DNA from: Lytechinus pictus | Taxonomy: Eukaryota | DNA: 64,000 bases | Direction of reading: 5' to 3' | Assembly: GCF_037042905.1 (NCBI RefSeq) | Contig: NC_087251.1 | Location: 23,810,001-23,874,000, forward strand | In this document: in pieces, positions 51,609 through 64,000 of the stretch | Numbering within the stretch: the first letter of the stretch is position 1 | Layout of the letters: each line of letters opens with the position of its first letter | Made by a program: the position numbers and the translations under genes | The notes under the pieces: generated by a model | Told to the model about the DNA's origin: nothing | Database searches by the model: none | The model's input: only the letters and a program-made list of their open reading frames with translations

Positions 51609-54020
51609 TTATGCACACTGAATGAAAGAAATTATGACATTAAAGCAGATACGAACCAAAAGCGCCATCTTGAGTCCTCAACTACTCATACCTGGCCAGT
51701 TTCCTGACCCATAATGCTAGTGTAGTCTAGTAATATAGACCCACTTTAATGATAACATGCCGATTAACTACTCAATACATTTATACTGCAATAATTATGA
51801 TACCAAGTAGCAAAACAATTACTTTTCCTCTCAAATACAATTTAGTTTCTCAATAAAAATACAATTATAGGTCAATTCATTCTTTTTAGTATTAGTAGAT
51901 ATCTGAAAATGTATATTTTAAGACTATGTATTTATAACACACAGTCAATAAGAGACCACAGACAGTTCACTCCCCCTTTAATATTGGGAATAAATCAATG
52001 AACTACATGTAGAAAAACAAAATCAGTTTTGATCCATCTCACAATGGAACTAGCCAATCAAGATTACTGTTACAAGCACATGTATCTACTATGAAGTTGA
52101 ACCAATCAGAATCATTTTTTTAAATTTGCATTTGATCACAAATTTTGTATAACTGGGCCCAGTACATGATTTTAATATCATCGCAAAAAAATAAAAACAA
52201 AAACTAATGAGAGCATACAGCACTAAACCTATGCAGGTGAATTCTGAAAACAATGTTTCTGCGAAATGTGACACCATGTTGCTATGTTGTCATCGTATTA
52301 CTGGTTGTAATTAATTCAGCACAGTCTGAGTCATCCTAATCAAAATGGCTGCCAGTTGTGAAAGTTGTGTTATATTCTGAGTCAACCACACGACCTGTCT
52401 ATAGTGAGATCCGGTGACCATGACTATAATACATGTGCAAATGTGACGTCAAGACTATTCATGTTTGCGTCCACTCACATGGTACATACACTAATGGAAT
52501 CGTACAATACATCAGTCAATTAATATTCCTCTCACAGGTAGTCCTAACCATGGATCCAAATATGCATACCAAAAATAGAATTGAACACCTTAACTCTCAA
52601 GTTCACTGTTTATATATATAAGAGTATTCTCCTCAAACACATTCTTTATCATTTTTTTTTGTATGAACAGAATGATAGCTATTGTAACGGGAAGCAAAAT
52701 GAAGTTCAATATGTGAAGTGAAGTGAGGGTCAATTTAATGAAGACTAGACCACTAAATGCAATGACAAAGAAAAGGCATATTAAAGCATTATATCATAAT
52801 ATTCAAATAATTTACATCGAGCGACGAGATAAGATTGGAGAAAAAAAAACTTTATACGTGTACATTCAAACCTATTCTTTAAGCAAAATGTATAACATTT
52901 TACTTTTCTGCAACCAGAATGGCAATGGTATCAAAAACAATTCAGATATTGATTTATCCCCCACCCACAAATAAAACATTAAAAAAAAAATGAAACAAAA
53001 GAAGAAAAAAACATAGTAAAAAATAAAGAAAACGGAATTAAGAGAGAAAGAATATAAGCTGCTTTTCACCATGTACATTAAGTTGATATAAATGCTATCT
53101 TAATTGTGAATTTTTAACAGATTGCAGCAACAACACCCCCCCCCCCCTTCCCCCCACGTTGATGTACCATTTCCTACATCCATTATCATCATAATGCTAC
53201 CTAGAATTAACTATAGGAAATTAGTACATTCACTCTTTCTACTTTTACAGCTATCCCTACATACACTAAGTACACTCAAGGTTACAGCGTAATAAACAGG
53301 GCATTTGTACAGCCATGCAAATTTAATTATATGATAAAAGCAACATACTGCTAACAATGACATTTCTATTGGCAACAAAATGAAAACATTATTTATAATG
53401 GAAAGGGGATGAATGAAACAATTAAGATAAGATTAGTTAACAGTGTGTACTGTACATATGCATGTAGACTAGAATGCATAAATGTATCTAAAAGGGGTGT
53501 GTTAAATCTAGATGTATTTTGAATATCAATTCAGTCACCTTTTGGTAATACACAGAAACATATTGTAGACAAGCTCACTATACCATAGATACATTTATAT
53601 TCAGATGCAAATGTACGTATTCAGATAAAGAGAGCTGAACAAATACAACAATAATTATTACTATGTAATCTAATCAACTTAATTATTCTATTTTCAGATT
53701 CATAGGGAATTGTTAGAAATAAGAAATTAATAAAACAATATTTTTCCTGATATACTACAGATCAATTGAATATAAAAGTTATGAATAGTACATTCTAAAA
53801 TGATAAAACATGTTATGTACATAGGTACAGTCCAGTGTGCTGAGTAATACAGAGTCTCAAACAGACTTATAGCAAGTTATTTGAATATCTATTCTCTATT
53901 TAGTATGAGGTTTGTGAGATATGGTGGTGAGACCATTAGTGGCATTATGACAATGAGACTTTAATGAATACTAGATATTATAATACCGGTGCTTCACGTG
54001 TGGCCCAGTTTTATAATTTA

Positions 54021-54260
<240 letters not shown>

Positions 54261-56524
54261 TTACAATTGGGTCTCGTACAAAATGCTCCATCTGGCTGCC
54301 ATACTTGGTAACAAAACACAACTTGACAAGTAGATGTTACAATAGTAACCACAATATGATCAATACAAAAAAAAGAAATATAAAATCCAAATATCCAATG
54401 CTTGCAATGGGTGAAATGGTAGCTATTCCTACACTGTAAATTACGTTTCATATTTGATTAGAGATATCAAGCATGATAGACATCTGTACTTTGTAACATA
54501 CCAAACCAAAATTCTTTAAAATATAATTTATTTTTTTTAATTCAAACACTCTCTAATATTTCAATATAATATGGTGATTGTTATTTTCTCACCATTACAA
54601 ACTGCTCTAAGAGTTTGTTATTACATTTCCATTTCCATGTTTGAAACAGTTTAAACTTTTAATTGAAAAAATATATAATTTTGTTGCAGATCAACTGATC
54701 TTAACTCAAGCATAATATCAAATTGGCTTCAAATCTAAACTCATCTTCACCATCTGTTCAAAGATGGATCATATGACATGTTCCAACGTCTTAAAACTTC
54801 CACGGCCTCCTACTACTACACATAATTAATATGAGAATTGCAACTCATGAATCAGTGAAATATAACCACTCTTTTGCTATGACAAACCACCATAAAGATG
54901 TAAATAAAACATCAATCTCCCATACATAAACATTTAAATCCAAACCCCAATACCCACATACCAGCTGGAGTCATGATGCTGATATTCTCAAGTCTAAACC
55001 TGAATGCATCACTGATATATTATGTTTTCTTAGTTTTCTAAATTTCTAGCAATCACAGTGAAAGAAAGAAAACCTACAGAGTATCTTCTGCGAACAATAA
55101 ATCAATAGTGATGAAAGGAATTTGATAATATTTTATATTTCTATTATAATCTTTAATAATACAGCTGATATTTGATCAACTGACACAGAATTGACAATCT
55201 CTTGATGTGTTAGTTGCAAAGCCTGTGAATATTGGAAATCTTTAAAGGGACAAATAACAGAGGATAAGAAGAAGATGAATTTCACCATTATGTTTATACA
55301 TGCATAATCATTATTATGAAGGGGGGACATCTCACTTATCTGCTTACATGTATAATCCCTGTCCATAATCAAAATTAACAGGCCTTCTCTCACTCAGATA
55401 TTGATAATTTAACACAATTCAATAAATAAATTGAAAAATGGCCAGCTGAGGACATTAAACAGTCATTTGAGTAGATGTTAATATGTACAGCCCATGTGCT
55501 TAGCATAATGCCACATGGAAATTCTAAAAGCTATTTGTACATTGGACATCTTCATGAGTTTAACCTTTTGAGCATATGGATGGAAAGAGGCTAAAAGGTC
55601 TTCTGTCCGTCTCCCACACATATCATGATCAGTGATGATTGTTATCACATTTGGTTACAAATCCTCAGCAAACACTTTGGTGGTTTTTTTTTTGCTTTTA
55701 TTTTAAACCTGTGTTATTTATCACACAGCACCATGGCAGACATTGGCTAAAACTGTCATTATACTTCACAAATATATTCATAATGTTACACTAGCTTGGT
55801 ACAACATGGGAAATTTACAAGAGATTTTATTAGGACGATTTTATAAAATCAGGGGATATTTATCAAAGTTACACCATCAAATATCCAGTGTAAACAGTAC
55901 TCGTATACCAGTAACATAAGCAGCTGATGTAAAATGATTCTATCATTGCAAACATTCCTATCACTGTCTCATCATAAACCATGTAATACCACTTAATCAT
56001 CATATTCATATAGGATTAATAGATGAGATTAGAGGTTGTGATGTTTACTATGTTACCAAATCTACTAAAAGTGGACACTGGTCTCCAATAAAGTTTGGAA
56101 TAAATTGCATTTTAGAATTGCAAATATTTGCTAAAGTGTACTATGACATCAAAGATTAAAATTTTGATATGACAGAATGGTGATCTGATCTAGCATTCCC
56201 CATGCCCTCTCCTTAGATTTATGTACATGTATTACAACATCATGGTCGAAATATTTCTCTTTGCATATTGATCAACCACTTTTCATACATAAATCACCCT
56301 ACAATATCTTATGGGGTGGGGTCTTTACAATAGAACAATCAGTTTCAAAACCCCACTTTTTCAAGACTTTCTACAAAAGAAAAAATTTAATTCATATGAC
56401 TCATCAGCCAAAGATAATGTCAAGATTACATAAAAAGACATTGATTTTCTGAAGAACAATGTTGATCCGAGAGCCATGATTGGATGGCCACTTTAAGAGT
56501 AATTTGATAAAAATAAGTAATTCA

Positions 56525-57085
<561 letters not shown>

Positions 57086-57169
57086 TTAATTAATTAATGA
57101 AAATATATGACTACATAAAATAATGGGGTAAAAAACATAGACAAAACAGTATAGACCAAAGACCTGCTA

Positions 57170-57445
<276 letters not shown>

Positions 57446-58779
57446 TTAAAATGAGGCAACTATGCATGAAATAAGCATCTGATATAAGCAATATGTTATC
57501 CATAGGTATGTGTTCAAGATACCTTATGAATAAATAAGTTATGGTTTTTCAGTTTATCTTTTGATTACAAATCTTATCACAAGATCTACCATAGTTAACA
57601 CTGTTCATCTGCATAAATTACTATTAAGAAATGATACTTTAAGCTACAATCCTGATTGCATTTCATAAACAAAGTCCAGAAGTATTTCCACCAATAATTA
57701 AAATGTATAAACCTAAACAGACTTCACAGATTTCAATGAGAAAACACAAGTAATACATCCATGAACTGCTTTCTTTATGGAAGCCATTACAACAAAATCA
57801 AGGTGGGCCCTCCCTCTTGCCCATTCAATATTCATGGTTTTCCAGATGACATCCATTTCTCTTGAAAGATGGCACACACTATATGACAAGTTGATTGATG
57901 AGTACTCCTTCTCATACACCTGATGTGTTTTCATTACCATGGTAATCTGTTCACATGACCAAGATCATTTGATTGGTGTGTCTAATTTCATCTGATTTGG
58001 TCACAGCATATGTCACAAAAATATAAATTTGAAATAATTCACAAGCTGATATATTGGGGAACCAGATACTGTAAAACTTCTTGCAGGTATTCAGAATTTA
58101 GATAGTAACATGTTCTATGGGCAGTGGGAAGTTTGCTAGAATCATCAGTGTATGAGGCTACCATGTGCTAGAATATCTTAGAGATACTGTCCCTACAGAG
58201 ATCATGATTGTGTGATCATTGTTTTCTAGGAAACCAAGGTCTTAGGACATTAGGTGGTTTCAGAACGCCTCAAGTTCGTAAGTTCCAGGTATTTTCTGAT
58301 CAGGAAATTTACACCAATCAGAAAATACCAGGTAATATTGGCAATGTGAAAGCAAATTACGTGTATTCTCCCCGAAAGAAAATACTCACTAAATATTATG
58401 TACTTGTCAAAATTACGAGAACTTTCGCTGAGATTTTTCCAAGGTCACAAGTATTTTGGCAATGCAAAAGCAATTTACGGGAACTTTAAGCCCAGTGTAG
58501 ATGGGCGCGGGCGCCTTGGGTGGCTGATGAGCTAGTGATTTTGAATCTCATGCCTCACTTGCTTATCAGACTATACTGCGCATGCTCGTAACTTCAGGAA
58601 CTTATCCCGAAGGGTATGTTTCAGGGTGGTGTGAATGCAGGAATAATGGATATTTATTAGTCTAAAAAAGTCCTCGTAATTTAACGGGGATTCTTATGAT
58701 TGAGGCGGTTGTCTTTTGTACAGGCAGGAACAAACTAGTGACGGTAGAGAGGTCACCACAAGGAATATCATATGGAGCG

Positions 58780-58856
58780 CTAATCATCTCCAAGACTACA
58801 TTCAGAGGCACTCCCACAATAATGACAGTGGAATGCGTTTGCACGACCTTCATGTT
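58780..58856 (-). CDS. KLC: Candidate stop-containing KLC exon (E-HEGRANAFHCHYCGSASECSLGDD*)
   Basis: Very long pyrimidine tract (about 58905-58960) and several phase-1-compatible TAG acceptors, the last being TTCTTGGTTTCCTAG. Confidence 0.4.
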
Positions 58857-59015
58857 CTAGGAAACCAAGAACTAGGGACACTAACTCTAAACTAACATCA
58901 ACATCAATAAGGAAAGAGGGTAAGAGACAGAGATAGAGAAAGAGCATGTGGGGAAGGCAACTCAAAGAGACAATCCTACATGAGACAGTCAGTTAGTATT
59001 GCATTAAGATCTTAC

Positions 59016-59085
59016 CATCTGCTTGAGACCCATCATCATCTTCTGGGAAACCTAGATCTAAGGGATCTGACGATGTGTCCTCCGC
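59016..59085 (-). CDS. KLC: KLC acidic linker exon (AEDTSSDPLDLGFPEDDDGSQAD)
   Basis: LFP-like acidic motif; TGCAG acceptor, G|GTAAGA donor; 70 nt, phase 0 to 1. Confidence 0.94.
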
Positions 59086-62000
59086 CTGCATCAATTATAC
59101 AACATAGAATATGATGATAATTCTAGACACCAATAATGTAGATAAACATACACAAATAATTCACAAGCTATCTGGTAACATTTACAAGCACATGGGAATG
59201 AGAATATGCATTAAATACCTGATACAATGGATATTATTCAAGTATGTCCTCGTGGTGATAGTTTCATTTCTTGAAAATTCCCTTAGATTTATTCAGTAGC
59301 ATGTCCTTTTCAAGACTTATCAATTCATTTAATTACCTAAGAAGAATATATTTCAATATGATGGTAGAACATGCTCTATGCAGTGACCATTTATTGTGCC
59401 TCAATGACCCTTGAGTCTGAAGATGAACACTGTAGTGATAGGGCTGTAATATGCTCTGGCTCAGAAAAAATAGATAATCAATATGATTAAGGATTATATT
59501 TTATGTCACATTCTATGTTTGATGTAATGTGCAATTTTTTTTTCATATGTACCAGGATCAAATGGCATGGAACCTTTGAAATGAATTTTGGTAGCTGAAT
59601 ACAGAGTCTTTGGACTGCATTCAGAAGAATCCATTTAGTAAGTATGTAAATTCTATGATCAGTCAATTGCCAATGTTATGTATGACGGGATCATGGGGAA
59701 ATGTACTTAATCAGATGAATTGTATGGAGCGATGTATGGAGCCATTAGAGTCACTTTTATTCATAAAATACTAGTCATCGTTTTTTTTGCTGCATTTGTT
59801 TCACCTTTCCATTGCCGTTACATTGTCAATAAAGAATAGATATTATCATCTCAAGTAAAGTGGATACTAATCTTATATGTCCAGTATATCATGCAGTAAG
59901 ATAGCTGGAGTAATTGAGGGTACCATGAGAATGAAGTAAGTGAAAGTGTAAACGTGTGTACAAGTGTAATGCCAAACCCATGCAAACATAGATTTCGTCA
60001 GAACTTGGAGGGCAGGATAAATATCTCGCATAAGATCAACGTTTGTACGTGATCGACCGGAAAATTGGGATATTATCCTAGAGACAGAATGCTTACAGAG
60101 AAAGGTTTCAAGGTTCAGTACTTCCTCCATTCTAATTTACTTCTTAATCAAAGACTTAAAATTGTAATTTCTTACAAGTTGGCTTTTACAAGATTCATTA
60201 AATTAAATTGAAGATAATATTCTGAATTCATGAAAATTAAATCATTAATAGTGATAATCACCAATTGAAAACATTACATTTTATGAGCATAAATCTAAAT
60301 TTTTTTATTTATTCAAAAAAAAATATAAAGGAAAACAAAATGGTAGGAATAAAATATGTTGTATGTTACAAAACATGTCATTGGGTATGATAGCATAATT
60401 AATCAGAGAGATCTCTGTCCAGATTCAATTTACTCCAAAGCCTTGAACACAATCAGAATTCTCTGATGAATTCATAATGATATCAGGCTTGCAACACAGC
60501 ACACCCAACATCGAAGCTACAATCCAGACCAAGGCAAAACACAGAACCTTGTAAATTATGATAAATGAGGTAAGCAAGAAAACAGAGTAATTTTCTTCTC
60601 CATAAATCCACATACACTGTCAGTACTTGAAAATAATTTTCCCTTATTTTTTGTGTCTTTTGCCAGGAAAAAGAAATGGGGGGGGGGGCGGAGCTAATGG
60701 CATTTGTATGGGTTAAGTGAATCACTGCTGTCGTGTTCACTTCACTTTCCCCATCAATGTCGCAACAATAGTCTAAAGGATAAACTTCCTCCAATGTCAT
60801 TTCGCAATCTTTCATGTCCTGAATGGTATTGGTCCATGACATTTCCACATACTTTTTTTTCTTGAAGCATCCATTGGTTGACATTTAAATCCCATATTCC
60901 CCTCTCCCTCCAGCTTAATCCAAATCCATATTATGCATTATTCCAATTTCTCATGCAAGGCTGATACTGATCCTTGCAATAATTACATGAATAGAGAATC
61001 CAATTATTTCCCAGAATTTCAATTTCATACCATTTGCTTTATCCCTGACATGTTATAATGGAGATAGCAACATGCTCTGCATATAAATTCATCATTTTTT
61101 TCTACATGTACATTGAAATTTGAGAGCCTCTGCTGTCGACACATTCTTGATGTAGAAGTTTTAATATACCCTGCATGATTACTACAACCTTATGTATTTG
61201 TTAACATGAGAATCTAAATTGAGAAATTCAGGATTGTTGTTGACAAATTTTACGACTGTTTTTTGCCTCACTTTAAACCCTATCCTATTATTAAATAAAC
61301 ATGTAATAACACTACACAAATCAAATGTGAGCATCATCAAATAAAATAATAATTAAAAAAATAATTGTTACACTTGGATTTCTACACAAATTGAAAGCAA
61401 CCTGTACTTATTTTATTTAGGACATGGATTTGAAATGTTTCCCTTTCATCAGCCATATGAAGACTACCCAATGAGACAATTAATTGCACTTACCATATTT
61501 CAGCAAAGAGTACAATTTATATATGATAGTTCTAGGTTTTGTAACTCTCTTTAATGGTAAACAATAAAAACAGCCCTCTCATACATTCTGAAAACTGACA
61601 ATTTTTACTTAGACTTACAGAGGTCTTCAAAACTACATGTAATTCTGCCCATTCTATTTTTTCACTCTGTTTGGTGCTTAATGCTTAAGTCTTTTTTCGG
61701 CCATGACTTGGCTGTTTCGCCACCTTCTTCAAAGATTTCATTTATCCAGCAGTTTTCTTGTGTCCTGTTTTTTGTTTTCGTTTTGTTTTGTGTTTAATTT
61801 TGTCTTTGTTCCGTTTTATTTGTTCTTGTTCATTGATATTAGTAATTTTTTGTAGGCAAATACCAGCAATGTTGTCTTTTTTAGTTGGGGGGGTCACATA
61901 ATACAAGCTATGCTTTGGGGTGAACCCCCCCCCCCCCCATTTCCGCACATACTCACATATTCTTATGGTCTACAACTATATTCTCTCATAGTATTTTTTA

Positions 62001-62572
62001 TAAAATAATTTTCATTTCTATTATTGAATGTAATTATACATGAATTCAGGTGTGTAATTTTTCAAATTGAATTTGAATTTGAAAAAATACAACCATGTAA
62101 AGATTATTTCAGGGTTTGAAGAAAATATTTGAATATGACATCACAGTCACAAATACAAACACTTACAGATACAGGTTATTGTGAATAGTACTTTTGTAAT
62201 ACAAGTCTGAGGTTTTTTGTTTTCTCACAATGTTAAGCTCTTGGGCAAATAGAAACCCTGAGAATTGTTCAGACTGATTTGCAATACTATCATTGAATCA
62301 GGGAATATTCATATTGACTTAAGTTTTCAGCTTTCACAAAGAACCACAGTTTGGAACAGCAATCAAGCTTTGACTTAATGTAACATTACCACTAAGTTCA
62401 AATTATTCAGTGCTCACTCCTGAGACTTAAAAACACATTTGAACTTTTTTAATACCAATCTTGTATCTTTAGAAACAATTTTTTATCAAGATTACAACTA
62501 ACTTTTACTATGGTACCCTCCTTAGATTATCATCTTCACAAAGAATGTATATAATCTGTGTTAATATGTCAT

Positions 62573-62640
62573 AATATTGTTCTTAGTTTTTAAAATTAGT
62601 TATTGTGCTATAACTAATTTTTAAAACTAAGAACAATATT
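62573..62640. repeat. AT-rich palindrome, 31-bp arms, 6-nt loop
   Basis: 62573-62603 is the reverse complement of 62610-62640 with one mismatch. Confidence 0.9.
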
Positions 62641-62875
62641 TGTTTTTCTGAAAAACAAAAAATGATCATGTGTTGTTCCTTAAAACTAGTATGGTAAATG
62701 TAATGCATTAAAATTTTCATCTTTCTAGCTATTTTGTATTTAGAATGCATCATACTTTTTATTTTCAGGTAAAAAAATATCCAATGCTAAATTTCCACAT
62801 GTATGTCAAAGGCATGTACATGTAAGTATGAAGAGCATTGAATATTGTAATGAAAACCAAATTCTGTTTATTTCA

Positions 62876-63749
<874 letters not shown>

Positions 63750-64000
63750 TGTATGGTATCAATGTGCATATGAGATATTCAATGGGAGAGAATAAATTGA
63801 AGATACATTAAAAATATCATTCTTTCGTGTATATCTCTTTGTATATCTCTATTTCTTCTATCCTTCTTCAATATCTTTAAAAACTTATCCGAATCGCAAA
63901 TTTTATGCAGTTGGTCTGCACGTACATGCAAAGGTCGGCCGACAAATGTACATGAATATTTTACTGATGTACAATATGCTCCTTTCCATGCTCCATCTTT

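Noticed and set aside
58520..58560. Hammerhead ribozyme core CTGATGAG
   Set aside because: No GAAA after a stem II and no flanking helices.
60483..60884. 133-aa ORF in a KLC intron
   Set aside because: No recognisable domain, includes homopolymer-derived KKKK and PPP, and no convincing splice sites.
61619..61741. ATG-initiated segment ending at a GTAAGT donor, in phase with the 59085 exon
   Set aside because: In-frame TAA at codon 19; the internal AAACAG acceptor has a purine-rich upstream sequence.

Overview
AT-rich animal genomic DNA, almost certainly from a sea urchin: the encoded kinesin light chain closely matches the Strongylocentrotus purpuratus KLC as I recall it. Two intron-rich genes lie in tandem on the minus strand. 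The first is kinesin light chain (KLC): its N-terminal exon(s) lie beyond 64000, 14 exons were traced from 63163 to the stop at 19218, and a probable ~4.9 kb 3' UTR follows. The second is menin (MEN1): ATG at 11615, three coding exons traced to 4645, remainder not found in the window. Introns carry many non-autonomous transposons (Harbinger-, hAT-, Kolobok- and Helentron/DINE-like), LINE 3' fragments, a tRNA-derived SINE and microsatellites. The most interesting signal is a set of extra, frame-compatible candidate exons in the long KLC introns. These include 6-, 30- and 42-nt cassettes, a 55-nt exon with a 14-3-3-type RSLSVP motif, and alternative terminal exons, one ending in a PDZ-type EQTLV and one removing the whole TPR domain. 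They sit in a region rich in sense-strand UGCAUG, which suggests a combinatorial cargo-adaptor splicing system. A GC-rich hairpin with plus-strand G-U pairs sits divergently beside the MEN1 start. All candidate exons and the RNA are hand predictions and need RNA-seq and conservation checks.
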